NCBI GenBank assembly: GCA_035654695.1
Contig: DASRWG010000001.1
Coordinates: 7,157 to 71,156, forward strand
Reading direction: 5' to 3'
DNA from: Gallionella sp.
Lineage (GTDB): Bacteria > Pseudomonadota > Gammaproteobacteria > Burkholderiales > Gallionellaceae
DNA length: 64,000 nt
A program made the translations under genes and the position numbers. Positions 51,441 to 61,467 of the stretch are shown one piece after another. The stretch's first letter is position 1; every line of letters begins with the position of its first letter. The notes beneath the pieces are model-generated. The model was not told the origin of the DNA. It saw only the letters and a program-made list of their open reading frames with translations, and did no database searches.

Positions 51441-51459
51441 TCGGGTCGATGGGAAAAGC

Positions 51460-52371
51460 ATGAGCAGATTGAACCGTATATTCGCCCTGCTGGTCGCGGC
51501 GGTCATCCTGACCGGATGCGCTTCGAGCAAGCAACGCGCGCCGGTGCAGGAACGCGGAGGTTCCGCTGCCAAGGCCGCGGTCGCCGCCGAAAAGGCCCGC
51601 GAGAAAGCGCAGCGCGAGAAGGATTGGCGTCCGCGCGTGCATGTCGTGCAGAAGGGCGACACGCTGTATGGCATCGCCTTCAACTACGGTTTCGATTACC
51701 ACGAACTGGCCGAACTGAACGGCATCACCGACCCGAGTGTGATCTCGATAGGCCAGCAGATCCGGCTTTTCTCCGGCGCGGCCAGCCCGGCGGAAGCGCC
51801 CAAGCCGCTCGAGCCGGCGATCAAGGACCAGCCCAGGCTGGTGAAATACGCCTATAGCGAGGAGGCGCAGGCAAAGCTCTCCCAGCCGGAGCCGGCCGTA
51901 AAGCCCGTTGTTCCCGCCAAGCCGGAAAAGGTCGAACCAAAGCCGCAGCCGAAACCGGAACCCAAGCCGACCGAAGAGAGCGCCGAGGTCGAGCCCGATG
52001 CCGATATCGAATGGGCTATGCCGACACAGGGCAAGGTGATCGCCGGATTCTCGGAAGCGGCCAACCGCAAGGGCATCGACATCTCCGGCAAGCTAGGCCA
52101 ACCGGTCAGCGCCAGTGCGCCGGGCAAGGTGGTGTACAGCGGCAGCGGCCTGCGCGGCTACGGCAAGCTGGTGATCATCAAGCACAACAACACCTTCCTC
52201 AGCGCCTATGCCCACAACGACAAGGTGCTGGTCAAGGAAGGCCAGAGCGTCACCCGCGGCCAGAAGATCGCCGAGATGGGCAACACTGACGCCGACCAAG
52301 TCAAGCTGCACTTCGAGGTGCGCCGCTTCGGCAAGCCGGTAGATCCGGCGAAATACCTCTCCCTCAAATAG
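51460..52371 (+). CDS. nlpD: LysM/M23 lipoprotein NlpD
   Basis: Lipobox LTGC; LysM HVVQKGDTLYGIA; M23 KGIDISG...YSGSGLRGYGKLVIIKH...SAYAHN...KLHFEVR. Confidence 0.93.
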   Translation: MSRLNRIFALLVAAVILTGCASSKQRAPVQERGGSAAKAAVAAEKAREKAQREKDWRPRVHVVQKGDTLYGIAFNYGFDYHELAELNGITDPSVISIGQQIRLFSGAASPAEAPKPLEPAIKDQPRLVKYAYSEEAQAKLSQPEPAVKPVVPAKPEKVEPKPQPKPEPKPTEESAEVEPDADIEWAMPTQGKVIAGFSEAANRKGIDISGKLGQPVSASAPGKVVYSGSGLRGYGKLVIIKHNNTFLSAYAHNDKVLVKEGQSVTRGQKIAEMGNTDADQVKLHFEVRRFGKPVDPAKYLSLK

Positions 52372-52395
52372 GGGCACGGCGCGCCGTGCCCCTGC
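52368..52395. repeat. GTAG-type REP-like palindrome overlapping the nlpD stop and the next start codon
   Basis: ATAG-GGGCACGGC-GC-GCCGTGCCC-CTGC with a perfect GGGGCACGGC/GCCGTGCCCC stem. Confidence 0.55.
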
Positions 52396-53234
52396 TCAGC
52401 ACCTCCGACCATGACCGCGACAGCGCGAATTTGCGCTATGTCTACCCGGTCGTCTCCCGCCGCGCCGGCGGCGTCTCGGTCGGCATCAACCTGAACACCG
52501 ACAACGCCTGCAACTGGCGCTGCCTGTATTGCCAGGTGCCCGACCTGACGCGCGGCGCGGCGCCCCCGGTCGACCTTGCTTTGCTCGATAAGGAGTTGCG
52601 AGGTTTCCTGCATGAGTTGCTGCACGGCGACTTCATGCAGCGCCGCGTGCCGGAAGGCATGCGCCGCATCAACGATATCGCATTGTCCGGCAACGGCGAG
52701 CCGACCAGCGCCGCGGAGTTCGCCGGGGTCGTCGAACTGATCGCCCGCGTACGCCAAGAATCCGGCTTGCCGGAGGAAGTGAAGACCGTGCTGATCACCA
52801 ACGGCAGCCTGATATACCGCGACGACGTCCGGCGCGGCCTGCGCGAACTGGCGAGGATCAACGGCGAGGTGTGGTTCAAGCTGGACCGCGCCAGTGAAGC
52901 GGGAATGGCGCTCGTCAATGACACCCGCACCAGCCTCGTCAAGGTGCGTGCCAACCTGATTTCGGCGATTTCGGCCTGTCCGACCTGGTTGCAGACCTGC
53001 TGGTTCGCGCTGGACGGCATCGCGCCGACCGCACAGGATGAAGCGGATTATCTGGAGTTCGTTGCCGGATTATTGCGAGAGGGACACAGGCTGCAAGGTG
53101 TGCTGCTATACGGCTTGGCGCGGCTCTCGTTGCAGCCCGAGGCCGCGCGCTTGTCCAATCTACCGGAGGATGTGATGCAGCGGTTCGCCGAACGCATCCG
53201 CCAGTTGGGGGTGGAGGTTAAAGTCTCGTCCTAA
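52386..53234 (+). CDS. radical SAM protein of unknown substrate
   Basis: YVYPV.SRR.GG.S.GINL; CNWRCLYC (CxxxCxxC); SGNGEPT; LITNG. Confidence 0.9.
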   Translation: MPLLSTSDHDRDSANLRYVYPVVSRRAGGVSVGINLNTDNACNWRCLYCQVPDLTRGAAPPVDLALLDKELRGFLHELLHGDFMQRRVPEGMRRINDIALSGNGEPTSAAEFAGVVELIARVRQESGLPEEVKTVLITNGSLIYRDDVRRGLRELARINGEVWFKLDRASEAGMALVNDTRTSLVKVRANLISAISACPTWLQTCWFALDGIAPTAQDEADYLEFVAGLLREGHRLQGVLLYGLARLSLQPEAARLSNLPEDVMQRFAERIRQLGVEVKVSS

Positions 53235-53306
53235 CGGGCTTGCCCGTTCCCTCTCCTCAATCCAAGCGGGAGAGGAGACGATCGAATGCTGCGCATGATA
53301 TGCGTT

Positions 53307-53516
53307 TTAACGCTGGCAGCGGTACATCTTGCGCAGGAACAGATCCACATCCATGATTCTCGGCACGGTGGGCATCTCGACATGTTCTGCGCCCACTTCG
53401 CGCAATCCCAATGCGGGAACCCAGCCGGCGCTCAGCACCTCGTCGCCATACCCGGAAACCGTATTCTCGCAGCGTTCCACCTCATAGCTGCTCATATCCA
53501 TCGTCAGTACGCTCAT
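53307..53516 (-). CDS. 69-aa hypothetical protein
   Basis: ORF MSVLTMDMSSYEVE... preceded by a strong SD AGGAGGA 4 nt upstream; fills the gap between the radical SAM gene and rep. Confidence 0.65.
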   Translation of the reverse strand: MSVLTMDMSSYEVERCENTVSGYGDEVLSAGWVPALGLREVGAEHVEMPTVPRIMDVDLFLRKMYRCQR

Positions 53517-53671
53517 GATGTCCTCCTGTTGCCTGGTGAGAGCCGCGAAATGCGCCGCTCTTGATTGAAGTATCGGCCTAGTCGGGCGGAAATTTAGCGC
53601 CCATTCCGGATTTTTTAATGCTTCACTTTGGTATCATGGCGGCCTTTCCGGCAACACTCCAGCAGTCCAGA

Positions 53672-55669
53672 ATGTTAAGCAAACTCAATGAAGTACAGCG
53701 CGATGCCGCGTCTTATCTCGGCGGCCCCTTGTTGGTGCTGGCCGGGGCGGGCAGCGGCAAGACACGCGTGATCACCCACAAGATCGCCTATCTGGTCGAG
53801 GAGTGTGGTTATGAGGCGCGCAACATCGCGGCGATCACCTTCACCAACAAGGCGGCCACCGAAATGCGCGAGCGCGTCGCCACGCTGTTGCCGGGCAGCC
53901 GGTCCAAGGGGCTGGTGGTCAGTACGTTCCATTCGCTGGGGATGAACATCCTGCGCGCCGAGGCGGGGTTGCTGGGTTACAAGCCGAAGTTTTCCATCTT
54001 CGATTCCAGCGACAGTTGGAAGATATTGAGCGAGCTGACCAATTCCGGCGACAAGCAGGAAATACGCGACTTGCAGACTCAGATTTCGAACTGGAAGTCG
54101 GCCTTCATTTCGCCGGCGCAGGCGGGCGAGCAGGGCGGGAGCGATGTAGCGCAGGTGCAGGCGCGCGTCTATGCACGCTATCAGGAGACGCTACGCGCTT
54201 ATCAGGCGGTGGATTTCGACGACCTGATCCACCTGCCGGTGGTGCTGTTCAAGGAGCATCCGGAGGCGCTGGAGCGCTGGCAGCACCGGCTGCGCTACCT
54301 GCTGATCGACGAATACCAGGACACCAACGATTGCCAGTACCAGTTGACCCGGTTGCTGGCGGGCGTCCGCGCAGCGTTCACCGCGGTGGGCGACGACGAT
54401 CAGGCGATCTACGCCTGGCGCGGCGCGAGCGTAGAGAACCTGCACAACCTGCGCAACGACTATCCCAGCTTGCGCGTCATCAAACTGGAGCAGAACTACC
54501 GCTCGTCGCAGCGCATCCTCAAGGTGGCCAACCACTTGATCAACCACAACACCAAGGTGTTCGAGAAGAAGCTGTGGAGCGATCACGGCATCGGCGATCC
54601 GATCCGCATTTACGCCGCGCGTGACGACGAGCAGGAGGCCGAGAGTGTGGTGATGAAGCTGATGACGCACAAGTTCGAGAACCGCACGCGCTTCGCCGAC
54701 TACGCGATCCTGTACCGCAGCAATTATCTGGCGCGCGCGTTCGAGGAACAGTTGCGCGTCCAGCGCGTGCCATACACCGTCAGCGGCGGCACTTCGTTCT
54801 TCGACAAGGCGGAGATCAAGGACATCATTTCCTACCTGCGATTGATCGCGAATCCGGACGACGATCCGGCCTTTATCCGCGCGATCACCACGCCGAAACG
54901 AGGCGTCGGCAACGCCACGCTGGAGAAGCTGGGCAACTATGCGGGCAAGCGCAAGGTCAGCCTGTTCGAGGCGGCGTTCGAGTCGCCCATGGCCGACGAG
55001 CTGCCGCCGCGCCAGTACGAAGACCTGATGATGTTCTGCAAATTCATCAACCGCATCGCGGATCGCGCCGAGGCCGATCCCTGCGGCGAGTTGCTGGACG
55101 AGTTGCTGCGCGCGATCAACTACGAGACCTGGCTGTACGACTCGCATGAGTCGCGGCAAGCCGAGAGCAAGTGGAAGAACGTCGAGGATTTTATCGGTTG
55201 GTTGAAGCGCAAGGCCGAAGCCGACGAGAAGTCGCTGATCGCGATGGTGCAGACCATCGCGCTGATCAACATGCTGGAAGGCAAGGACGAAGAGCCAGAC
55301 GCGGTCACGCTGTCCACGTTGCATGCCGCGAAAGGACTGGAGTTCCCGCATGTGTTCATTGTCGGCGCAGAGGAAGACATCCTGCCGTTCCGCGACAGCG
55401 ACGAGAAGGGCATTGAGGAAGAGCGCCGCTTGATGTACGTCGGCGTCACCCGCGCCCAGCGCAGCTTGCAGATCAGCTACTGCAACCGCCGCAAGCGCGG
55501 CAAGGACTGGTTCGCCTGCGAGCCCAGCCGCTTCATCGACGAGATGCCGGAAGACGAGCTGCAGTATGCCGGCGGTCATGCGGATGCGGTGCCGGTCGTG
55601 ACCAAGGACGAAGGCATGGACAAGCTCGCGCGGCTGAAGGCGATGCTGAACAAGACGCCGGCGGAATAG
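53672..55669 (+). CDS. rep: ATP-dependent DNA helicase Rep (UvrD/Rep family)
   Basis: LN..Q; LVLAGAGSGKTRVIT; AITFTNKAA.EM.ER; LIDEYQDTN; VGDDDQ.IY.WRGA; LEQNYRS; STLHAAKGLEF; EERRLMYVG.TRA. ~665 aa with no UvrD C-terminal extension. Confidence 0.85.
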   Translation: MLSKLNEVQRDAASYLGGPLLVLAGAGSGKTRVITHKIAYLVEECGYEARNIAAITFTNKAATEMRERVATLLPGSRSKGLVVSTFHSLGMNILRAEAGLLGYKPKFSIFDSSDSWKILSELTNSGDKQEIRDLQTQISNWKSAFISPAQAGEQGGSDVAQVQARVYARYQETLRAYQAVDFDDLIHLPVVLFKEHPEALERWQHRLRYLLIDEYQDTNDCQYQLTRLLAGVRAAFTAVGDDDQAIYAWRGASVENLHNLRNDYPSLRVIKLEQNYRSSQRILKVANHLINHNTKVFEKKLWSDHGIGDPIRIYAARDDEQEAESVVMKLMTHKFENRTRFADYAILYRSNYLARAFEEQLRVQRVPYTVSGGTSFFDKAEIKDIISYLRLIANPDDDPAFIRAITTPKRGVGNATLEKLGNYAGKRKVSLFEAAFESPMADELPPRQYEDLMMFCKFINRIADRAEADPCGELLDELLRAINYETWLYDSHESRQAESKWKNVEDFIGWLKRKAEADEKSLIAMVQTIALINMLEGKDEEPDAVTLSTLHAAKGLEFPHVFIVGAEEDILPFRDSDEKGIEEERRLMYVGVTRAQRSLQISYCNRRKRGKDWFACEPSRFIDEMPEDELQYAGGHADAVPVVTKDEGMDKLARLKAMLNKTPAE

Positions 55670-55672
55670 TCC

Positions 55673-56494
55673 ATGCGAGAGACGGCGCAACCAACCGAGT
55701 TGAGACAGGCCGCGCTGCACTGGCTGGCTGAATGCAACGCGGCGAAGAAGGCCGGCGGCGTGCGCCGTCTGGCCCAGGCATGGGCCGCGGGCGAGATCGG
55801 GCTGGACGGCGAGGCTGCGTTGGCCGCGAACCTCAACATCCCCGGCCGCCCGGACAAGCCCGAACTGGTATCGCCGCATGAGGTCAAGCGCCGCGCGATG
55901 AATACGCCGGAAGGCCGCGCGGCATTGATCCATGCGCTGGTGCACATTGAATTCAACGCGATCAACCTCGCGCTGGATGCGGTCGGGCGCTTTCCCGGCA
56001 TGCCGCGCGAATATTACGCCGACTGGCTGCGGGTCGCCGACGAGGAGGCGCTGCACTTCACCCTGCTGGCCGATCACCTGAAAGAGCTGGGTTACTCCTA
56101 TGGCGACTTCCCCGCGCACAACGGCCTGTGGGATCTCGCGGTCGAGACGCGGCACGATGTGCTGGCGCGCATGGCGCTGCTACCGCGGACGATGGAGGCC
56201 CGCGGGCTGGACGTCACGCCGGGGCTGCGCGCGAAGCTGGTGCAGGCCGGTGATATCGCCGTCGGCGGAATCATGGACGTCATCCTGCGGGACGAGATCG
56301 GCCATGTCGCGATCGGCAACCGCTGGTTCGGCTGGCTGTGCGAGCGGCGCGGCCTGGAGCCTGCCGCGACCTATATCCGGCTCATCGCCGAACACAAGAT
56401 TTTGCCGCAACGCTCCCCGTTCAATCTGGAAGCCAGACGCGCGGCGGGATTCGGCGAAGCGGAATTGGCGGTTTTATCGAGCCGGCACGAATAG
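55673..56494 (+). CDS. DUF455 ferritin-like domain protein
   Basis: PGRP.KP.LV; ALIHAL.HIEFNAINLALD; DEEA.HF.LL; P...EARGLD..P; DEIGHVAIG..WF. Confidence 0.92.
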   Translation: MRETAQPTELRQAALHWLAECNAAKKAGGVRRLAQAWAAGEIGLDGEAALAANLNIPGRPDKPELVSPHEVKRRAMNTPEGRAALIHALVHIEFNAINLALDAVGRFPGMPREYYADWLRVADEEALHFTLLADHLKELGYSYGDFPAHNGLWDLAVETRHDVLARMALLPRTMEARGLDVTPGLRAKLVQAGDIAVGGIMDVILRDEIGHVAIGNRWFGWLCERRGLEPAATYIRLIAEHKILPQRSPFNLEARRAAGFGEAELAVLSSRHE

Positions 56495-56607
56495 CGTACG
56501 GGATGCCGGGGGACTACAATCCGGACCGGATGGAAAAACGAATTTGAATGCGCTGCTATTTTCCGAATCCGCCGAACCATAACGGAACCCGGCTCGCACA
56601 AGACCTG

Positions 56608-58128
56608 ATGCCTATTTACAACCCTTTGTCCTTGATCAAATCCATCGCGTGGGCGAAGCTGCTTGGCGTGGCCTTGCTCTACGCATCGCTGATCTATATC
56701 GGCGATGCGATCTTTGAAAGCGGCGCCGTCATCGCGCATCTTGAATTGGCCAGCGGTTTTGCGCTGGCATCGCTGCTGATGGGTGGGATGCGATATGCCG
56801 CAAGCGTATTCCTCGGTGCCGTCACGGCCCATGCCATTCTGGGCGCCGGCCTGGGGGAAATCGCCATCGTCGCGTCGAGCGACGCACTGGAAGCCATGCT
56901 CGGAGTCTGGCTGCTGATGCACGGCGAAAAGTTCGATCTGCATCTTCAATCGTTGCGCGCCTACGTTCGATTGGTTCTGCTGGGCGGCTGCGTCAGTATC
57001 GCCATCAGCGCCCTGATTACAAATACGCTATTGTTGTTCTTCGGGTTCATTGCCTACGAGGAAGTTGTTAACAGCATGCTCCACTGGTGGATGAGCGATA
57101 CGCTGGGTGTCATCCTGGTGACTCCGTTGATCCTCGTCTGGTCGCGGGGAAAATGCCATTGGTGCGAAACTGGACAGTTGGCCGAAGCGGTCTTTCTGCT
57201 TGGCCTGACGGTTTTGGTCGGGCAGATCGTTTTTCTCGATTGGCTGCACGACGTCGTGGGGCCGACCGCCAACGGTTACTGGATGTTCATGCTGATCACC
57301 TGGGTGGCCATGTTTCTGGGAGCCCGCGGCACGACGGTCGCCTTGCTCGCGGTGGCAGTCCAGGCGTTGCTCGGCGCAACGCAGGGGGTGGGATATTTCG
57401 CGCATGATATTGAACAGGCCAGCCTGCTCAATTACTGGTTCTATATATTGACGCTGTCCCTGGTCGGCATGTCGCTGGCGACCTATGTGCATGAAATCCG
57501 GCAGGCGAACTTTGCCTTGGCCCATCGCGATGCGCTGATACGCGAGATCCATCATCGCATCAAGAACAATATCCAGGGCATCACCGGATTGCTGCGCCAG
57601 CTCGCGGAGAAGCAACCGGACATCAGGGGCGCGATCGATCAGACGATCAGCCAGGTGCAGAGCATCGCGACGATACATGGCTTGCAGGAGGGAACCGCGG
57701 CGGACAATGTCGAGCTGGGCGAGCTGGTTGATGCGGTGGCAAGCGGGGTCGGGTCGCTGTGGGGAAGCGCCATTCGGGTCGATATGTCCCCGGACTGGAG
57801 GCCTTGCGTCGTCGATGCGGCAGAGGCCGTGCCGCTGGCGCTGATATTGAACGAACTGCTGTCGAATGCCCTCAAGCATGGAGACCGGCCCGGACAGATC
57901 AGGGTCGGACTCGAGCATGGTCGCGACCTGGACTCCGTACATGTCGTCATCCGCAATGCCGGCCACTTGCCGCCCGGTTTCAATTTCGAGCACGATACCG
58001 GCACCGGACTGCAGTTGGTAAGATCGCTGATGCCGAGACATGGTGCGGGCATGTCCTGGCAGCATCGCGACAATACAGTGATCGCTGTGCTGGAGCTGGA
58101 ACCGCCCGTCATTACTTTCAGGTCATGA
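56608..58128 (+). CDS. MASE1-domain sensor histidine kinase (HisKA_2 type)
   Basis: N-terminal multi-TM region with WW..D.LG....TP; H-box REIHHRIKNNIQ; LILNELLSNALKHG; NAG..P..F...GTGL.LV. Confidence 0.88.
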   Translation: MPIYNPLSLIKSIAWAKLLGVALLYASLIYIGDAIFESGAVIAHLELASGFALASLLMGGMRYAASVFLGAVTAHAILGAGLGEIAIVASSDALEAMLGVWLLMHGEKFDLHLQSLRAYVRLVLLGGCVSIAISALITNTLLLFFGFIAYEEVVNSMLHWWMSDTLGVILVTPLILVWSRGKCHWCETGQLAEAVFLLGLTVLVGQIVFLDWLHDVVGPTANGYWMFMLITWVAMFLGARGTTVALLAVAVQALLGATQGVGYFAHDIEQASLLNYWFYILTLSLVGMSLATYVHEIRQANFALAHRDALIREIHHRIKNNIQGITGLLRQLAEKQPDIRGAIDQTISQVQSIATIHGLQEGTAADNVELGELVDAVASGVGSLWGSAIRVDMSPDWRPCVVDAAEAVPLALILNELLSNALKHGDRPGQIRVGLEHGRDLDSVHVVIRNAGHLPPGFNFEHDTGTGLQLVRSLMPRHGAGMSWQHRDNTVIAVLELEPPVITFRS

Positions 58129-58131
58129 GTC

Positions 58132-58737
58132 ATGAATCCAAACGCCACCTCTGAAACGACAATTCTCCTGGTCGACGACGACCGGCTGGTGCTGTCCACG
58201 CTCTCCATGGGAGTGGCCAGGGCGGGTTATCGCGTCGTCACCGCTGAATCGGCGGACGATGCGGAAGCCTTCCTGGCGAGCGGAGAACGTCCAGATCTGG
58301 CCATACTCGACGTCAGGATGCCGGGCACGAGCGGGCTGGCGCTGGCGGAGCGGTTGCGTTCGCTGGACCATATTCCGTTCATGCTGCTGACTGCTTACAG
58401 CGATCCGGAAACAGTCGAACGGGCAACGGCTTCCGGTGCGTTGGCTTATCTGGTCAAGCCCGTCGATACGCCGCAACTGGTGCCGGCCATCAAGGCCGCG
58501 CTGGCGCGCGCCAAGGATATACATGGCCTGGAAGCGACCGAACGGCAGTTGCAGCAGGCACTCAACAGCGAGCGGGAAATCAGTATTGCGATCGGTATCA
58601 CCATGATGCAGTACCGCCTCGATCGCAAGGCGGCTTTCGAGCTGTTGCGCAAGACCGCCCGCAGCCAAGGGCGCAAACTGGCGGTGCTTGCGGGGGAAGT
58701 CATCGGCGCGAGCGAAACCCTGAATCTCGGCGCGTAG
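58132..58737 (+). CDS. response regulator with ANTAR domain
   Basis: ILLVDDD; PDLAILDVRMP; LTAY; YLVKP; C-terminal I..AIGI.M......AF..LR..AR....KL...A..V. Confidence 0.9.
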   Translation: MNPNATSETTILLVDDDRLVLSTLSMGVARAGYRVVTAESADDAEAFLASGERPDLAILDVRMPGTSGLALAERLRSLDHIPFMLLTAYSDPETVERATASGALAYLVKPVDTPQLVPAIKAALARAKDIHGLEATERQLQQALNSEREISIAIGITMMQYRLDRKAAFELLRKTARSQGRKLAVLAGEVIGASETLNLGA

Positions 58738-59030
58738 ACCGCGCAGGACGCATCAGGAAAATCCGATTGATTTACTGTGGTTTGCTATAGTATCTTGTAA
58801 CCAAATTCGGTTCGCCCTTGACCCCGGCCACCGACTCAACGAGACCCAGAACACGTCTCCGAATTTCCCGTCATGATTTTTTCAGCGACGGGATGTGACG
58901 AAGAATGCCCATAGGGCTGGAGACGAACATGTTCTGGATGCTTCCTACCTGCTGTTCCCATCGACTGCCAATTCATCCTTGCCGCACGAGGACGCCCGTA
59001 GCGGCACAAGTCCAGTTTGATACCCGGGGA

Positions 59031-59408
59031 ATGCAACAAGGCTTCAGCCTGATCGAATTGATGGTTGCCGTAGCGATAGTCGGCATTCTCGCCGCTGTCG
59101 CATTTCCCAGCTACCAGAATTATGTCGTCAAAGGCAATCGCGCAGCCGCGCAGGCTTTCATGATGGACGTGGAGAACCGCCAGAAGCAATACCTGCTCGA
59201 TGCCCGCAGTTATGCAGCAGATCTCGCCACTTTGAATATGGCGGCGCCCAGCGATGTTTCGAATTTCTACACGGTTACTATCGCAGCCTCGGCGGCGCCG
59301 CCGGCATTCACTATCACTGCAACGCCCATCACGGGAAGCAAACAGGAAAGCGACGGCGCTTTAACGCTGGACAGCAGTGGCGCAAAGACCCCCGCCGACA
59401 AGTGGTGA
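59031..59408 (+). CDS. pilE: type IV pilin PilE-like (start uncertain)
   Basis: QQGFSLIELMVAVAIVGILAAVAFPSYQNYV...NRAAAQ..M....QE/KQ..L...SY. Confidence 0.85.
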   Translation: MQQGFSLIELMVAVAIVGILAAVAFPSYQNYVVKGNRAAAQAFMMDVENRQKQYLLDARSYAADLATLNMAAPSDVSNFYTVTIAASAAPPAFTITATPITGSKQESDGALTLDSSGAKTPADKW

Positions 59409-59412
59409 TGAA

Positions 59413-59877
59413 ATGGACGCCAGGCGTCATTCTTCCGGCTTTACGATAACCGAACTGCTCGTGGCGGTGGCGGTCCTGGGGATACTTGCCGCTCTTGCGG
59501 TTCCCAGCTTCAGGTCGCTCACTCAAGCCCAGCAGGTAAAGGCCGCGAGCTTCGAGTTGTTCGCCGCGCTCAGTCTGGCCAGGAGCGAAGCCATCAAGCG
59601 TAACGGCAATATCACCGTGACCCCCGCTGCCGGAGGGTGGGAGGATGGCTGGAGCATGACCTCGGGTGGGACGATCATCAGCACTCATGGCGTCCTCAGG
59701 GGAGTTGTCGTCACCGGCGGTCCGGCCAGCGTGGTTTACGCCAGAACCGGCAGAATCTCCGGAGCAACCGCACCCTCATTCCAGATCGACAACGAAACGA
59801 CGGCCACGGCAAACGTGCGTTGCATCAGGATCGATCTGAGCGGGATGCCGCGCACCGTCAAGGGGGTGTGCTCATGA
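59413..59877 (+). CDS. FimT/GspH-family minor pilin
   Basis: GFTITELLVAVAVLGILAALAVPSF...LARSEAIKRN..ITV. Confidence 0.87.
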   Translation: MDARRHSSGFTITELLVAVAVLGILAALAVPSFRSLTQAQQVKAASFELFAALSLARSEAIKRNGNITVTPAAGGWEDGWSMTSGGTIISTHGVLRGVVVTGGPASVVYARTGRISGATAPSFQIDNETTATANVRCIRIDLSGMPRTVKGVCS

Positions 59878-60413
59878 GCATGAATCGTAACCATGGCTTC
59901 AGCCTGATCGAGATCCTGATTACCATCGTGATCCTGATGGTCGGCCTGCTCGGGTTGGCAGGTTTGCAGGGCAGGGCGCTGACCTCGCAGATGGAATCGT
60001 ACCAACGTTCGCAGGCGTTAGTCCTGTTGAAGGATATGGTCGACCGGATCAATGCCAATCGCAAGAATGCGGCTTCTTATGTGACGAATCTGAATCCAGC
60101 CGTTTCTTGTCCGGTAGCGGGGGCGGGAAGTTCTGTTGCCAGCATGGATCTGGCTGATTGGTGCACTGCACTGCAGGGGGCCGCGGAAGTACAAGGTACG
60201 GCAAACGTTGGCGCGATGATCGGTGCACGGGGCTGTATAACCCAGACCGTCGCACCGGCAAGCGGTGTTCCCAGCCAATACCTGGTCGCCGTAGCTTGGC
60301 AGGGATTGAACAGCACTGCCATTCCAAGCATAACTTGCGGGCAAAACCAATACGGCAATGAAGCCTTGCGCCGTGTGGTTGCGCTGCCCGTGGTCATAGC
60401 GGATTTGAATTGA
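59874..60413 (+). CDS. pilV: type IV pilus modification protein PilV
   Basis: GFSLIEILITIVILMVGLLGLAGLQ...S.QRSQA..L..DM.DRI.AN. Confidence 0.9.
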   Translation: MSMNRNHGFSLIEILITIVILMVGLLGLAGLQGRALTSQMESYQRSQALVLLKDMVDRINANRKNAASYVTNLNPAVSCPVAGAGSSVASMDLADWCTALQGAAEVQGTANVGAMIGARGCITQTVAPASGVPSQYLVAVAWQGLNSTAIPSITCGQNQYGNEALRRVVALPVVIADLN

Positions 60414-60414
60414 T

Positions 60415-61467
60415 ATGAACGCATTGAGCCGCCTGTATGTTTTGACAAACCGGCAAAGCCAGAAAGGCTTGTCGTTGATCGAACTCATGATTTCCATCAC
60501 CATCGGCTTGCTTATTCTTTCTGCGTTGACCACGCTGTTTGTCAACCAGAGCAAGACTCGTAGCGAATTGGATAAGTCGAATCGCATGATCGACAACGGC
60601 CGTTACGCGCTGGAAGTACTGACTGAAAATCTGAGGATGGCTGGTTTCTATGGAAATTATTTACCCGGTGGCGCAGCCACGGCGACACCTGATCCCTGCA
60701 GTCTGGCGACCATTACCGACTCGGCCACCAACCTCAATGTGCTGCGCCATCATGTGCAGGGTTACGCTGCTGCGGCGCAGGCAAGCCAGATCGCAAGCCT
60801 GCCGGCCTCCTGCGGTTTTACTTACACGGCCGGTAGCGCCACCTCGTTAAAACCCGGCAGCGACATACTGGTACTGCGGCGCGTCAGTACCGCAACGCCC
60901 GTCGCTGCTGCCAATGCGACAGCAGCACCGAACAGTGCCAATACAGTTTATTTGCAGGTGTCAAATTGCAATACCGATGCCAGTTACCAGTTGGTTTCAG
61001 GTGCCGGGCCTTTTACTGCTTTCCATGACAAGGATTGCACGACTACTGCAAGCCTGCGGCCATTCATCGTGCAGGTCTATTTCGTGTCCCTCGACAACAA
61101 TCCCGGTGATGGCATTCCTACTCTGAAACGCAAGGAACTTGATCAGGCTACCGGTGCATTTGTAACCACGCCATTGGTCGAGGGGATCGAATATCTGCAG
61201 GTCGATTACGGACTGGATGCCGATGCCGATGGGGCTGCCGACAGTTACATCGCCAATCCCGCTGCTGCGGAATGGGCCGACATCGTATCGGTGAAACTCA
61301 ACCTAATCGCCAGAAATATCGAGACCAGCGCTGGACATACCGACACCAAGAGTTATGTGCTGGGTAGCGCCGGCACATTCGGGCCTTTCAGCGACGCTTA
61401 TAAACGCCATGCCTATACCCAGGTTGTTCGCTTGGTCAACCCGTCCGGACGGAGGGAGGTGCCATGA
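60415..61467 (+). CDS. pilW: type IV pilus assembly protein PilW
   Basis: QKGLSLIELMIS..IGL..L; NGRYAL..L...RMAG; PLVEGIEYLQVDYG.D. Confidence 0.9.
   Translation: MNALSRLYVLTNRQSQKGLSLIELMISITIGLLILSALTTLFVNQSKTRSELDKSNRMIDNGRYALEVLTENLRMAGFYGNYLPGGAATATPDPCSLATITDSATNLNVLRHHVQGYAAAAQASQIASLPASCGFTYTAGSATSLKPGSDILVLRRVSTATPVAAANATAAPNSANTVYLQVSNCNTDASYQLVSGAGPFTAFHDKDCTTTASLRPFIVQVYFVSLDNNPGDGIPTLKRKELDQATGAFVTTPLVEGIEYLQVDYGLDADADGAADSYIANPAAAEWADIVSVKLNLIARNIETSAGHTDTKSYVLGSAGTFGPFSDAYKRHAYTQVVRLVNPSGRREVP

Noticed and set aside
58774-58793. LexA-box-like TACTGT-N8-ATAGTA upstream of pilE
   Set aside because: The critical CAG half-site is TAG, and the sequence is better explained as a -10 element (TATAGT).
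58840-58940. Riboswitch (e.g. c-di-GMP) upstream of pilE
   Set aside because: Some pairing potential, but no conserved riboswitch motif recognised; needs an Rfam scan.
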